Source of the DNA: Candidatus Micrarchaeota archaeon
Lineage (GTDB): Archaea; Micrarchaeota; Micrarchaeia; Micrarchaeales; CABMGC01
DNA length: 64,000 bases
Reading direction: 5' to 3'
NCBI GenBank assembly: GCA_028866995.1
Contig: JAGWHD010000001.1
Location: forward strand, 337,030 to 401,029
In this document: piece after piece, positions 50,752 to 61,912 of the stretch
How positions within the stretch are numbered: position 1 is the stretch's first letter
How the letters are laid out: every line of letters begins with the position of its first letter
The notes under the pieces: model-generated
The model's input: only the letters and a program-made list of their open reading frames with translations
Databases searched by the model: none
What the model was told of the DNA's origin: nothing
Translations under genes and position numbers: made by a program

Positions 50752-52080
50752 TTAAGCACTCCTATATCTTTTTCCAAAAGCTCTTATAATGCTATCAAAA
50801 ACCGCGCCCCTTGGCGACAAATCATAGCTCACATGGACTATCGGCTTGTCTATGTTCACCAACCTCTTCAGGTCAATGGGCGTTGCCGAGAGCACGACGT
50901 CGCAGTCTGCGCGCATAAGCGTATGCTCAAGGTCCTTTATCTGCTTTGCGCTGTAGCCCATGGCAGGCAGCTCCTTATCCAACCTTGGATATCTCTCGTA
51001 AACGTCCTTAATGGTCCCGTACGCGTACCTCTTGGCGCTTACTATGGACCCCACCCCGAACTTCTCCGCGGCCACCGTAGCGGCCCCGATCCTCATGCCT
51101 CCGTGCGTAATTGTTGGTCCGTCCTCTACAAGCAGCACCCGCTTCCCCTTCAGTATGCCCCTGTTGTCTACATCGACAACAGAGTCGGCAAGCACAATCT
51201 TCGCCTTCGGATTTATCCCCCTCATGTCTGTACTCACCCGCCCGATCTCGCTCTCGGTTGCCGAGTTCACCTTGTTGATAACGATGACCTCGGCCATCCG
51301 CGCGACCGTCTCCCCAGGATAGTATGTAAGCTCGTTCCCAGCCCTAAGCGGGTCTGCCACGGCTATGCTAAGGTCGCTCCTGAAGAACGACGTGTCGTTG
51401 TTGCCCCCATCCCATATTATTATGTCCGATTCCTTCTCTGCCAGCCTCAGGATCTTTTCATAGTCTACGCCGGAGTATACGATGAACCCGAGCCTTACGG
51501 GGAGCTCGTACTCCTCGCGCTCCTCTATAGTCGTCTTGTACCTGTCAAGGTCCTTCAACGTGGCGAAGCGCTCCGCGGCCTGCTCCTTCAGCACGCCGTA
51601 GGGCATAGGATGCCTGACGATACCAACCCTGAGGCCCATCTCCCTAAGCAATTTTGCTACGTACCTCGTGGTCTGGCTCTTCCCCACCCCGGTTCTCACC
51701 CCACATATAGAGATTACTGGCTTCTCAGACCTCAGCATCGTCCTCTCTGGCGCCACGAGCCAGAAATCAGCCCCAGCCGCGTTTACCAGGCTGGCCTTTT
51801 CCATGACGTCCTGATACTCCAGGTCGCTGTACGACATCACACAGACATCTGCCTCATGCTTCTTGATAAGCCTCTCAAGCTCCGACTCGTCGTGTATGCC
51901 TATACCCTTCGGATACCTGTCTCCTGCAAGTTCCTTTGGATATCTCCTGTTCGCAATGAACGGTATCTGCGCGGCGGTGAAGGCGACGACATCGTAAGAG
52001 GCATTGTCCCTGAAAAGCATGTTGAAGTTGTGGAAATCGCGCCCCGCAGCGCCGATTATGATAACCTTTTTCGTTTCCAT
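50752..52080 (-). CDS. COG2403-type P-loop protein (cyclic 2,3-diphosphoglycerate synthetase-like family)
   Basis: 442 aa. IIGAAGRDFHNFN N-terminus, P-loop GVRTGVGKSQTT, RHPMPYG. The stop codon directly abuts the tRNA-Lys 5' end. Confidence 0.75.
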   Translation of the reverse strand: METKKVIIIGAAGRDFHNFNMLFRDNASYDVVAFTAAQIPFIANRRYPKELAGDRYPKGIGIHDESELERLIKKHEADVCVMSYSDLEYQDVMEKASLVNAAGADFWLVAPERTMLRSEKPVISICGVRTGVGKSQTTRYVAKLLREMGLRVGIVRHPMPYGVLKEQAAERFATLKDLDRYKTTIEEREEYELPVRLGFIVYSGVDYEKILRLAEKESDIIIWDGGNNDTSFFRSDLSIAVADPLRAGNELTYYPGETVARMAEVIVINKVNSATESEIGRVSTDMRGINPKAKIVLADSVVDVDNRGILKGKRVLLVEDGPTITHGGMRIGAATVAAEKFGVGSIVSAKRYAYGTIKDVYERYPRLDKELPAMGYSAKQIKDLEHTLMRADCDVVLSATPIDLKRLVNIDKPIVHVSYDLSPRGAVFDSIIRAFGKRYRSA

Positions 52081-52224
52081 AGAAACGGATAATTATCGCA
52101 TAGAAGGTTATTAACCCTTATTAAGCGATTTCTGGCTTGCCGAAGCCATTCTGTCGTCGTAAAAGCGAATCAAAAAGGTTTATATTACTTTAAAGGGAAA
52201 TGGTATTCGGGTTACTTGGTTTCT

Positions 52225-54141
52225 ATGAGCGCAGAATTAGTCAACGATAGCTATAACGCCTCGAAAATCGTTGTGCTTGAGGGTCCGCAAGGCATACGGA
52301 AGAGGCCAGCGATGTACATAGGCTCCACCGGGCCTTCCGGGGTGCTGCACCTACTCTACGAGGTGGTTGACAACGCAGTTGACGAGGCGATAGCCGGCTA
52401 CTGCAAGAACATATCGATAAGGCTTTTCAGGGAGGACAGTGGCGACATAGCCGAGGTGACGGACGACGGGAGGGGCATACCTATAGACACGATAGAGAAA
52501 TACAACAAGAGCGCTCTCGAGGTGATAATGACCACGCTCCACAAAGGCGCCAAGTTCAACAACGACGTCTACAAGGTGTCCGGAGGCCTGCACGGAGTCG
52601 GCCTTACCGTGGTCAATGCACTATCAGAGTATACCGACGTGACGGTAAGGAAGGATGGGCACACGTACCGGCAGTCGTTCAGCAGGGGCATTCCATCGGG
52701 CAAGATTGAGCTAATAGGGGATACCAACGAGAAGGGCACGACGATAAGGTTCAAGCCCGACAAGGATATATTCTCAACGCTCGTAATTGACTCCACGATA
52801 CTGAAGGAGAGGCTGAGATACACCGCCTTCCTCAATCCCGGGCTAAGGATAACGCTTACCGACGAGAGGTTCGAGAGCAAGGAGACGGAAGAATTCGCAT
52901 CGTCGGGGGGCCTTGCCGACTTCATATCATTCCTGAACAAGGACGCGGCTACCCTCACCAACATAATCCAGTCAAAGAGGCAGGAGGGCACCGTCACCAT
53001 AGAGTTCGCGCTGCAGTACGTTGACACCTATGAAGAGAAGCTCGATTCTTTCGTCAACAACATAAAGACGCCCGAGGGCGGCACACACGTATCAGGCATG
53101 CACTCGGCCATAACCCGCGCCATCATGAACTACATAGACAAGAACAAGATCAACGTGCGCGACATCAGGATAACCGGAGAGGACACGAGGGAGGGCCTTA
53201 CGGCAATACTGAGCGTGCTGATGCAGAACCCGGAGTTCGAGGGCCAGACAAAGGAGAAGCTGGGCAACGCTTCTGTTAAGGGGATAGTTGACGGGACGGT
53301 GTACGCGAACATGTCCAGATACCTAGAGGAGCATCCGGCAGACGCAAAGGCGATAATGGGCAAGGTGATGAGCGCCGCAAGTGCGAGAGAGAGCGCCAGG
53401 AAAGCCAGGGACCTTGCCAGGAAGAAGAACATATTCGACAGCACCGTGCTCCCGGGTAAGCTGGCAGACTGCATAGACTCCAATCCGGAGAATACTGAGC
53501 TCTTCATAGTGGAGGGCGCAAGCGCAGGCGGCTCTGCGAAGGAGGGCAGGGACAAGAGCATACAGGCAATCCTTCCGCTGAGGGGCAAGATTCTCAATGT
53601 TGAGAAGGCCGGAGATGAGCGAATATTCGACAATGCCGAGATAAAGGCCATGGTGACCGCATTCGGAACAGGGATAAAGGAGACCTTCAACTCCGAGGCG
53701 ATAAGGTACAAGAAGATAATAATAATGACGGATGCCGACGTTGACGGCAGCCACATAAGGACCCTGCTGCTCACATTCTTCTACAGGTACATGAAGAAGA
53801 TCATCGAATCCGGATACGTGTTCGCCGCGCAGCCGCCGCTATACAAGATATCCAAGGGCAAGAACGAGGCGTACTGCTACAACGACGCGGAACTCGCAGA
53901 AAAGATGAAGGAGCTCGGAGAGGACTCTGCTGTCCAGAGGTACAAAGGGCTGGGGGAGATGAACCAGGAGCAGCTCTGGGACACGACAATGAATCCGAAG
54001 AACAGGAGGCTAAAGAAGCTCACCATTGCCGATGCCGCAAGAGCCGAGGAGCTGTTCAAGATACTTATGGGAGTTGATGTGCCGCAGAGAAGGAAGTTCC
54101 TCCAGGAGCACGCGGAGGAGGTAAAGACGCTCGATGTGTGA
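52225..54141 (+). CDS. gyrB: DNA gyrase subunit B
   Basis: GHKL ATPase [15 protein letters not shown], Toprim [10 protein letters not shown] and [14 protein letters not shown] 52225 (the track starts at TTG 52216). Confidence 0.97.
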   Translation: MSAELVNDSYNASKIVVLEGPQGIRKRPAMYIGSTGPSGVLHLLYEVVDNAVDEAIAGYCKNISIRLFREDSGDIAEVTDDGRGIPIDTIEKYNKSALEVIMTTLHKGAKFNNDVYKVSGGLHGVGLTVVNALSEYTDVTVRKDGHTYRQSFSRGIPSGKIELIGDTNEKGTTIRFKPDKDIFSTLVIDSTILKERLRYTAFLNPGLRITLTDERFESKETEEFASSGGLADFISFLNKDAATLTNIIQSKRQEGTVTIEFALQYVDTYEEKLDSFVNNIKTPEGGTHVSGMHSAITRAIMNYIDKNKINVRDIRITGEDTREGLTAILSVLMQNPEFEGQTKEKLGNASVKGIVDGTVYANMSRYLEEHPADAKAIMGKVMSAASARESARKARDLARKKNIFDSTVLPGKLADCIDSNPENTELFIVEGASAGGSAKEGRDKSIQAILPLRGKILNVEKAGDERIFDNAEIKAMVTAFGTGIKETFNSEAIRYKKIIIMTDADVDGSHIRTLLLTFFYRYMKKIIESGYVFAAQPPLYKISKGKNEAYCYNDAELAEKMKELGEDSAVQRYKGLGEMNQEQLWDTTMNPKNRRLKKLTIADAARAEELFKILMGVDVPQRRKFLQEHAEEVKTLDV

Positions 54142-56540
54142 AGATGACTGAGATAAACAACATATCGCTCGAGGACGAACTCCAGAACAGCTACATCGAC
54201 TACGCCATGAGCGTGATAATAGGCAGGGCGATACCAGAAGCCAGGGACGGGCTGAAGCCGGTGCAGCGCAGGATCCTGTATGCGATGCATCTTCTCAAGA
54301 ACTTCCACAACCAGCCGACCAAGAAGAGCGCAAGGATAGTCGGAGAGGTAATAGGCAAGTTCCACCCCCACGGCGACACGGCAATCTACGACGCGCTCGC
54401 AAGGATGGCACAGAGCTTCTCGATGAACCATCTGCTGGTCGAAGGGCAGGGCAATTTCGGTTCAATAGATGGGGATCCCCCAGCAGCAATGAGATACACG
54501 GAAGTGAGGCTCACCAAGCTCGCAGAGGAGATGCTCAGCGACATAGACAAGGACACTGTAGACCTGTTCCCGAACTTCGACAACACAGAGAAGGAGCCGT
54601 ACCTGCTTCCCTCGAAGGTGCCTAACCTGCTAGTCAACGGAGCCACAGGGATAGCGGTTGGCGTGGCGACGAGCATGCCGCCGCACAACCTTTCCGAGGT
54701 GTGCGACGCTGTAGTCTACACCATAGACAATCCTTCAGCAAGCATAGACGACGTTCTCAACATAATCAAGGGACCGGACTTCCCGACCGGCGGCATAGCG
54801 CTCATGTCGCAGGGCGCGTACAACGGCTACAGGTTTGGGAGAGGACAGCTGACGCTGAAGGCAAGGGCCAGGATAGAGAAGAAGCGGATAGTGATAGACC
54901 AGATACCGTACAACGTAAACAAGTCGTCGCTGATACAGCACATGGCGGAGCTAGCCAGGGAGAAGAGGATAATTGGGGTAAAGGACATAAGGGACGAGAG
55001 CGACAAGAGCGGAATAAGCATAATCGTCGAGCTGCGCGACGAGGACATGGGGGAGCAGGTGCTGAACATGCTCTACAAGTACACACAGATGCAGACCACG
55101 ATGCCGATCATAAACCTGGCGATAGTCGGAAAGAGCCTGAAGAACCTGAACATACTGCAGCTGATAACAACATTCATAGGCCACAGGAGGGAGATGGTTC
55201 TCAGGAGGACCAGGTACGACCTTGATATAGCTAAGAACAGGCTCCACATAGTCGAAGGGCTCCTCGTCGCGATCTCCAGCATAGGCGAGGTGATCGACAT
55301 GATAAAGGCCAGCCGGGAGGTTGCCGAGGCAAGGAAGAGGCTGATGGAAGCCTACAAGCTGAGCGACAGGCAGGCCAACGCGATACTGGACATGAAGCTG
55401 AGCAGGCTCACCCATCTTGAGAACGACTCGCTGCAGAATGAGAAGGCGGAGCTAGGGAGAAGCATAGAGGAATACAGCTCCATAATAGCGGACGGCTCAA
55501 AGGTCGACAGGATCATCAAGGACGAGACGCTGCAGGTCAAGAAGGCGTTCGGAAGGCCAAGGAACACCCAGATAGTGCAGACCGAGGAGATAGCCGACAT
55601 AGAGGACGAGGACATGATAAGCAATGACCCAGTAACCATAATCTTCACAAACAACGGCTACGTGAAGAGGATGGGAGTTGAATCCTACAAGGAGCAGGGG
55701 AGGGGCGGCAAAGGCCTAATATCTATAAACCTCAAGGAGGGCGACTACGTAAAGCAGATACTCACCTGCCACAACAAGGACTTCATCATATGCGTGACCG
55801 ATCAGGGGAGGGCTTTCTGGCTCAAGGCATACAGGGTACCCGAAGGATCGAGATACTCAGAGGGCAAGGCCATAGTCAACCTTCTCGGAACAGAGGAGAG
55901 GATAGTCAAGCTCCTGCACATAAAGGACTTCGACGGCTCCAAGATAGTATTCCTCACGTCCAAGGGACTTGCGAAGAAGCTCAGCGCCAAGCTGTTCTCC
56001 AGGCCGAGATCCAACGGGGTGAGGGCCATAACTCTCGTGCAGAACGACCAGATAGTGGACAGCATAGTGTACAGGGAGCAGAAGTTCCTGATAATAACGA
56101 CGACAAAAGGCAAGGCGGTGAAGTTCGGCGAGACGTTGCTCAGACCCATAGGAAGGACAGGAATGGGAGTCAGGGGGATAAGGATAGCGTCTAACGACTC
56201 TGCCAGGAACATTATGGCAGCAAACGACGCAGGGAGCGTGCTCACGATAACTGCAAACGGCTATGGCAAGATAACAGACATAAACATGTACAGGACCCAG
56301 GGGAGGGGCGGCAAGGGTGTCATAAACCTCAAGGCAAACCAGAAGACCGGAGACGTTACAAAGTCGCTGTTCGTCAGCAACGAGGAGAAGGTGGTGCTGA
56401 TAAGCTCCAGCGGCGTCAGCATAACGTTCCCAATCTCGTCCGTCAGGATAACTGGCAGGGCTGCGAGCGGTGTGCGTCTGATGAGGCTGGAGCAGGGAGC
56501 GAAGGTCGAGGACGCGATGCTGATCAAGGACGAGGCATAA
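54138..56540 (+). CDS. gyrA: DNA gyrase subunit A
   Basis: 800 aa. Active-site Tyr region [10 protein letters not shown] and C-terminal beta-pinwheel repeats. The start overlaps the gyrB stop (GTG 54138 or ATG 54144). Confidence 0.97.
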   Translation: MKMTEINNISLEDELQNSYIDYAMSVIIGRAIPEARDGLKPVQRRILYAMHLLKNFHNQPTKKSARIVGEVIGKFHPHGDTAIYDALARMAQSFSMNHLLVEGQGNFGSIDGDPPAAMRYTEVRLTKLAEEMLSDIDKDTVDLFPNFDNTEKEPYLLPSKVPNLLVNGATGIAVGVATSMPPHNLSEVCDAVVYTIDNPSASIDDVLNIIKGPDFPTGGIALMSQGAYNGYRFGRGQLTLKARARIEKKRIVIDQIPYNVNKSSLIQHMAELAREKRIIGVKDIRDESDKSGISIIVELRDEDMGEQVLNMLYKYTQMQTTMPIINLAIVGKSLKNLNILQLITTFIGHRREMVLRRTRYDLDIAKNRLHIVEGLLVAISSIGEVIDMIKASREVAEARKRLMEAYKLSDRQANAILDMKLSRLTHLENDSLQNEKAELGRSIEEYSSIIADGSKVDRIIKDETLQVKKAFGRPRNTQIVQTEEIADIEDEDMISNDPVTIIFTNNGYVKRMGVESYKEQGRGGKGLISINLKEGDYVKQILTCHNKDFIICVTDQGRAFWLKAYRVPEGSRYSEGKAIVNLLGTEERIVKLLHIKDFDGSKIVFLTSKGLAKKLSAKLFSRPRSNGVRAITLVQNDQIVDSIVYREQKFLIITTTKGKAVKFGETLLRPIGRTGMGVRGIRIASNDSARNIMAANDAGSVLTITANGYGKITDINMYRTQGRGGKGVINLKANQKTGDVTKSLFVSNEEKVVLISSSGVSITFPISSVRITGRAASGVRLMRLEQGAKVEDAMLIKDEA

Positions 56541-56541
56541 C

Positions 56542-59298
56542 CTACTTCCAGTACTTCCTGTTCTTCACGAAGCTCTTCTGCGCCTCAAGTATGTCGACGA
56601 AGAACATCTTGTAGTCCTTCCTGACGAACTTCAGTATCCTGGACGCTGTCTCAAGGCCTATGCCGTAGGTCGAGAGCGCTATGAGCGCCCTGTCCCCGTA
56701 TGAGCTGACCAATGACGATTCCCTTATCACGTCAGCGTAAACCTTCCTTTCGCTTGGTGTCAGCGCCTTATTCCCAAGCCTCTTCTTCACAGCGGCATTG
56801 TATGAATCCTTGTACCTCACAACCATCGGGCTCCCGCAGAACCCGCACAATATCCTTCTCTCAGGATCGTCGCTGATCTTGTTGTGGAACGACAGGCCGC
56901 AGAAGGTGCAGAGCATCATAATGTCCTTGCCCTTGCTCTCCTCAAGGAGCCTGTTTATGGCATCGTCCTTGCCGTACCCCTGCGAAAGGAACTCCGAATT
57001 CGAGTACACGGAACGCAGCAGCTCCTGCGATATCGGCGATCCCGCCTTGCGCGCAAACTCGATTGATATGCCGCCTTCATTGAGCCCTTTTACGAAATGC
57101 GCCACAGCTGCCTCGTCAATGTAGTTCTTCCTCACGTCTCTGAGAACGTCGTCGAAGACTATGGACTCCTTGTAGAAGTTGACGATTCTTGTTGCCGTGC
57201 TCCTCGTGACGTCAGAGTCCTTGCTTATGATTCCTATCGCCTTCGCCGTCTGCACGAACTTGTACCTGAACAGGTCAGTGCCTGTTATGAAGCTCCTGTA
57301 CTCAGCGTGCTTAATCCCTGAAAGCCTCTCGAAAAGCCTTTTCATGTTGGGTTTTCTGGCCGACATGCTGCAGTCTATAATCACGGCGTACGGCGTCGGC
57401 TTGCAATTTATTTTAGACCCGGTGTCCCACGAGGCCAAGGTGCCTATGATCTTCGACAGGAGGCTGTTAGCTAGGGTGCCTAGCGCAGCGTAGACTATTA
57501 TGTAGTCGTCGAGGTCCTCAACCACCACGGAACCGTTGCTTATCCTGAAGAAGTCCCTCTGCGCGTCGACCAGTTTAGATGCCCCGGCAAACGCCTGCCT
57601 GTCCATTATCTTCTCATGCCCCGAGACCCCAAGGTCAAATATATCGAATACGGACCTTGCTATCTCGTGCGGCACCGGAAGGTCTTCTCCCTCCCAATCC
57701 GGCACCGACGCGGATATGTCGGTGCTGTATTCAACGAATATGGTGGCGCCCTCTATGCTCACCACCTTCCACGCGACGCCCTTGGTGATGAACGAGGCTC
57801 CCTCCTCAACGTAGTTGTACACGAATTCCTCGTCGAGCACCGATATTATCCTGTTGCTCTCAAGTATCTTGACAGTAAATTTCCTCGTGTCTGGTATGAG
57901 GCTTATGTTGCTGAAGAAGTAGTCCCTGCTCCTCGCACCGAGCCCTATCTCTCCATCAACAACCTTCACCAGCTTCAGGTCTGTTGCCAGCCCAACCGCC
58001 TTGTCGAAGAGCTGCCTATCCAGAGCCATGTAGGGAGCTGCCCTCCTGAACATGGCATAGGCCTTCTCGACGCTTATTTTCCTGTACTCCAAGGCGACGG
58101 CGCATACCTGGTTGACAAGCACATCAACAGCATTCTCCTCGATCCTTCCGGTCTCCAGTCTTCCCGAGTGCACCGCTTCTACCACAGCAGCAGATTCAAG
58201 GCACTCAAGCGCGTTGGACACCATCACGATTCCGTTTGACACGCCCTTCTCGGTGTGGCCGCCTCTTCCGATCCTCTGTATCAGCCTGGCCGCCTGCCTC
58301 GGAGAGCTGTACTGTATCACAAGGTTTATGCTGCCTATGTCTATGCCTAGCTCGAGCGAGCTCGTGGCTATCAGGCCCTTGACCTTCTTCTCCTTGAACT
58401 GCCTCTCCACCACAACCCTCTCGTGCCTGTCTATCGAGCTGTGATGCACCCCTATCGAACCGAAGGGATGCAGCCTGTCGTAGTAGAGGAGCTTGCTGCC
58501 CAGGGACTCAACAACCTGCCTTGTATTGCCGAAGATGAGCGTCTCTTCGGCCCCGCCCACCAGTTCGGCTATCCGCTCCAGCCTGGCAAGCGCCGGCTTG
58601 TCGAGGTGGAATACCTTCGTGAACTCAGGGTCGTTCACAAGCGGCTTCTCAGGCATCTCTATGCCTACGCTGATCCTCTTGACGTTGACAGATCTTGCTA
58701 TTGAATGCTCCTCTCCGGCGAACAGGAACCTGCCAACCTCATCTGCGTTGCCTACTGTTGCGCTTATCCCCACCCTCTGGAAGCTGCCGCACAGCTCCCT
58801 CAGCCTCTCAAGGGCAACAGAAAGCTGCGCACCCCGCTTGTTCGAGTAGAGCTCGTGTATCTCGTCTACTATCACCGCCTTGACGTTGGAGAGGCTGCTC
58901 CTGAGCCTCTGCGATAGGAAAAGGTTCTGCAGCGTCTCCGGTGTCGTTATCAGTATCTGGGGAGGCGATGCCGCCTGCCTCCTCCTCTCGCTCTGCTCCG
59001 TGTCCCCGTGCCTGACCCCTATGGTTATGCCAGATGCGTTGCAGATCCATTCCAGCCTGGATATAAGGTCCCTGTTCAGCGCCCTCAGCGGCGTTATGTA
59101 GATGAGGGCGATGCCGTTCCATCTCCTTTCGGATATGTTCTTGAGAACCGGCAGCACCGCAGCCTCCGTTTTGCCGCTGCCCGTAGGGGCCATTATCAGG
59201 CAGTGCTTTCCCTGCTCGACTATCTCTATGGCTCTTTTTTGTATGTCGGTGAAGCTCCCGAACCTATTCAAGAAAAGGCTGTAAGGGCCTCCTTCCAT
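56542..59298 (-). CDS. lhr: Lhr-type large superfamily-2 helicase
   Basis: 918 aa. Motif I APTGSGKTEAA, motif II DEIHEL, QRIGRGGH, C-terminal Cys4 element (CTFCG...CGFCG). Confidence 0.9.
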   Translation of the reverse strand: MEGGPYSLFLNRFGSFTDIQKRAIEIVEQGKHCLIMAPTGSGKTEAAVLPVLKNISERRWNGIALIYITPLRALNRDLISRLEWICNASGITIGVRHGDTEQSERRRQAASPPQILITTPETLQNLFLSQRLRSSLSNVKAVIVDEIHELYSNKRGAQLSVALERLRELCGSFQRVGISATVGNADEVGRFLFAGEEHSIARSVNVKRISVGIEMPEKPLVNDPEFTKVFHLDKPALARLERIAELVGGAEETLIFGNTRQVVESLGSKLLYYDRLHPFGSIGVHHSSIDRHERVVVERQFKEKKVKGLIATSSLELGIDIGSINLVIQYSSPRQAARLIQRIGRGGHTEKGVSNGIVMVSNALECLESAAVVEAVHSGRLETGRIEENAVDVLVNQVCAVALEYRKISVEKAYAMFRRAAPYMALDRQLFDKAVGLATDLKLVKVVDGEIGLGARSRDYFFSNISLIPDTRKFTVKILESNRIISVLDEEFVYNYVEEGASFITKGVAWKVVSIEGATIFVEYSTDISASVPDWEGEDLPVPHEIARSVFDIFDLGVSGHEKIMDRQAFAGASKLVDAQRDFFRISNGSVVVEDLDDYIIVYAALGTLANSLLSKIIGTLASWDTGSKINCKPTPYAVIIDCSMSARKPNMKRLFERLSGIKHAEYRSFITGTDLFRYKFVQTAKAIGIISKDSDVTRSTATRIVNFYKESIVFDDVLRDVRKNYIDEAAVAHFVKGLNEGGISIEFARKAGSPISQELLRSVYSNSEFLSQGYGKDDAINRLLEESKGKDIMMLCTFCGLSFHNKISDDPERRILCGFCGSPMVVRYKDSYNAAVKKRLGNKALTPSERKVYADVIRESSLVSSYGDRALIALSTYGIGLETASRILKFVRKDYKMFFVDILEAQKSFVKNRKYWK

Positions 59299-59307
59299 CT
59301 TTACAAC

Positions 59308-60942
59308 TCAGATGATATAAGCGGTCCCGTTCACCATCTGCGTCCTGTTCTGTATTGTCATGTTGATGGGCAAGTGCAACAAGAGGTTCAGCGGCACTCC
59401 GACTATAGGCCCACCATTTTCATAACAGGCGACGCTTATGTGTGCCGTCGCGTTCGGCGCCAACGTCAGGTTCAGTTTCTTCGAAACACCACTGCCGTGC
59501 CAGTAGCAGCCAGCACTTCCTATCCCAACGGTTCCTGTGCCTGTGTAGTTGTTTATCAGGTCGAAGCCTATCGTGCTGTTCTCGAAGGTGACGTTAAAGC
59601 AGCCTATGGTGACATTTAGCACGCAAGCGTTCCTGAGACCCGACAGGAATTCGGTTGAGTTGCCGCTCAGGTTGAAGCTCTTTATCAATGCGGCGTTTAG
59701 CCCGACCTGGCTGAGTATCCTTGAAGAGTTTATCAGCGCCACCGCGCTTGCGTTCAACTGGCCCTTGTAGACCTTGGTGCTTATCAGCGACAGCGGCGGC
59801 GTAGAGCCGAACGGCACTCCGGTTGCCAGTACGTACACGCTGCAGTAGCTAGTGCCGTTGAAGTCGTTTATTATGCCGAGGCACACGTCGTTCTGCTGCG
59901 ATGTGCTGTTCTCCTCTATGAACTCAAGCATCGCGCTGCCGTTGAGAAGGAACATCCTTCCGGAGCTGTGGTAGTTTCCCGAAACAGAGCTGAAGTTTGC
60001 GACCACGGGCCCGTAATATGTGGGCAGCTTGTCTATGAACGCGCTCTCAATGCTGGAGTTGAGGTTCTGCGAGGCGCTGGAAGGTATCATCTTGGTGCAG
60101 TTCATCGACCCTGATGTTCCAAGCAGTTTCAGCCAGCCTCCTTCGTACCAGCTGCACAGCTCGGTGCTGTTGTCCAGCTGCACCAGCGTGACGTTCTCAC
60201 CGTTAAGCGTTAAGTTTGCAGACGCTATCGCCTTGCCTTGGGCCAACGTCCTGATTATGCCCGGAGACAGGTATCCCTGGATCCAGATAGAATACACAGC
60301 GCCGTTGCTGTATGTCCCGTACGCGCCGCTTATCCTCTTTATGTAGCTACCCGCAACGTAAACCATCGGGGTAAGGAACGCGTTCAAAGCCGATGACTTG
60401 GTCAGCGCTACCTTAGACACGCTGTAATTGTTAGCAAGGAGGGCGGATACCAAGGCTCCCTGCGCAGCCATGTCGTAAGAGTCGTAGAAGCTCCCGAACC
60501 TGGGCAGCGCAGCGTATGGAGTCGCGTTCTCGGCCGGCAGCACCGTGAAGCTAGTGGAATAGACTGTTGACTGCCTGTTGCCTATGTTGTACAGCCTGTC
60601 CGGGTCTATGGCCGCTGTGAAGTTGTACACTCCGCTCGCAGACGGCGAATAATTGAAGTAGAGAGTGAGCTGCTTGCCCGCCGGCAGCGTGATGCTGTAT
60701 ATCGTTGTCGTGTTGCCGTTGAGCGTGAAGCCCAGGCTCACGTTCTTCAGCGCCGATGAACCGACATTGTTGACCTGCACCGGTATCTGCAGCCTCTGGT
60801 AGGCGAAGATCGTTTGGGCAGAGTAGTTCTGCGGCGCGCCCACGTGCACCAGCAGCGTAGGCTGGTAGAACAGCCTGTAGTACAACGCACCTGCCGCAAC
60901 CGCCACGAATACAGCTATCCACAAATATGTCTCCTTGTTCAT
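59308..60942 (-). CDS. N-terminally anchored surface protein with CARDB-like domain and very high N-glycosylation sequon density
   Basis: 544 aa. TM YLWIAVFVAVAAGALYY. CARDB-like IPVQVNNVGSSALKNVSL...YNFTAAIDPD. About 29 N-x-S/T sequons by my count. Confidence 0.65.
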   Translation of the reverse strand: MNKETYLWIAVFVAVAAGALYYRLFYQPTLLVHVGAPQNYSAQTIFAYQRLQIPVQVNNVGSSALKNVSLGFTLNGNTTTIYSITLPAGKQLTLYFNYSPSASGVYNFTAAIDPDRLYNIGNRQSTVYSTSFTVLPAENATPYAALPRFGSFYDSYDMAAQGALVSALLANNYSVSKVALTKSSALNAFLTPMVYVAGSYIKRISGAYGTYSNGAVYSIWIQGYLSPGIIRTLAQGKAIASANLTLNGENVTLVQLDNSTELCSWYEGGWLKLLGTSGSMNCTKMIPSSASQNLNSSIESAFIDKLPTYYGPVVANFSSVSGNYHSSGRMFLLNGSAMLEFIEENSTSQQNDVCLGIINDFNGTSYCSVYVLATGVPFGSTPPLSLISTKVYKGQLNASAVALINSSRILSQVGLNAALIKSFNLSGNSTEFLSGLRNACVLNVTIGCFNVTFENSTIGFDLINNYTGTGTVGIGSAGCYWHGSGVSKKLNLTLAPNATAHISVACYENGGPIVGVPLNLLLHLPINMTIQNRTQMVNGTAYII

Positions 60943-61415
60943 TCAACAACACCGTAGTTCTTGGACTTGAGTTCCTTCAGCACCTCAGTGACCTTGGTTC
61001 CGACATCCCTGTATTTCGACTCGAAGAAGCTGTTTATCCAGTTAGCAGCGTCGAACCTCTCTCCGACCGCAGGCGGCCTGAAGTAGAACTTACCTTTAGA
61101 GTTCTCCACTATGCCCATCTTCTTCATCCTGAGCAGGTGGTACCTCAGAGTCTTCTCGTTTATCGACTCCCAGTTCTTTCCTATGTAGCCTATCAGCTGC
61201 GGCACCTCCGGGTCCACGTTCTTCGTGAACTGGAAGTAGACGAGCGCGTCAAGCACCGAGAGCGAGCTGAGCCTCGACTCTCCGGGGTTTATCACGCCCA
61301 ACGAGAGCGCGAGCCACCTTATTATGCTCCTCCTGGTCTCCATGACCTCCTTGCTGAGCCTAAGGTCCCTTATCGTGAATTCGCTCTCTATTAGTGCTGC
61401 CTCGTTTAGCTCCAA
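60939..61415 (-). CDS. Hypothetical winged-helix protein, co-transcribed with the surface protein
   Basis: 158 aa. TLRYHLLRMKKMGIVENSKGKFYF (helix plus wing). 4-nt overlap with the downstream gene. Confidence 0.5.
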   Translation of the reverse strand: MELNEAALIESEFTIRDLRLSKEVMETRRSIIRWLALSLGVINPGESRLSSLSVLDALVYFQFTKNVDPEVPQLIGYIGKNWESINEKTLRYHLLRMKKMGIVENSKGKFYFRPPAVGERFDAANWINSFFESKYRDVGTKVTEVLKELKSKNYGVVE

Positions 61416-61503
61416 GGAAATCTCCAGGCTGAGATATACCTACTAACAGGATAAATATAAAAGTGTAGGGATTCCATATAAGATACGCTTATAAGCTGAT
61501 TTT

Positions 61504-61893
61504 ATGGAGCCCCAGAAGAACCCGACCGAGCAGGATGTAGAGAGGATGGCAAGGGACTACCAGACCGTACAGGAGCAGCTCCGCGTGGTCTCGATGCAGC
61601 TCGAGCAGCTGAGGGCGCAGAAGATAGACCTGGAAAGGGCAAAGGCCGAGATAGACAGGGCAAGCGGAAAGGTCTACATAAGCGTAGGGGGCATCATAGT
61701 GGAGACAACCAAGGATAAGGCTCTCGCCGACATAAAGGACAAGGCGGAGCTCGGCGACACGAGGATAAGCTCCTTGGCGAAGCAGCAGACAGACCTGCGG
61801 ACAAGGGAGAAGGGAATAGGCGAGAAGCTGACCCAGTTCTACAAGCAGGCGCAGGGAAGGCAGCAGGGCGCTGGCACACCTGACATAGAATGA
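61504..61893 (+). CDS. pfdB: Prefoldin beta subunit
   Basis: 129 aa. Coiled coil, beta hairpin (KVYISVGGIIVETTKDKA), coiled coil. Confidence 0.8.
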   Translation: MEPQKNPTEQDVERMARDYQTVQEQLRVVSMQLEQLRAQKIDLERAKAEIDRASGKVYISVGGIIVETTKDKALADIKDKAELGDTRISSLAKQQTDLRTREKGIGEKLTQFYKQAQGRQQGAGTPDIE

Positions 61894-61912
61894 ATCCAGA
61901 ACCAAAGATGGC

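Noticed and set aside
50833-52092. 419-aa plus-strand ORF mirroring almost the whole COG2403 gene. Similar long antisense ORFs occur at 23179-23970, 22214-23152, 1332-2381, 914-1711 and 40894-41598.
   Set aside because: Their translations are low-complexity and rich in L/R/P/H/V/Y, with no motifs. The opposite-strand ORFs carry clear family motifs (P-loop, MetRS HIGH/KMSKS, MCM Walker motifs, AhcY) or a genuine TM profile. They are typical stop-poor antisense frames of GAG/AAG/GAC-rich genes.
52131-52146. Hairpin TGGCTT-gccg-AAGCCA in the COG2403/gyrB divergent spacer.
   Set aside because: It is short (6 bp), has no adjacent U-tract or repeated copies, and lies between two divergent promoters. 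It cannot be distinguished from chance.
53500-53530. GyrB Toprim motif reads EGASAGG instead of EGDSAGG.
   Set aside because: The catalytic Glu and the DxDxDG acidic cluster ([11 protein letters not shown]) are intact, and the protein is otherwise full length. This is probably lineage variation.
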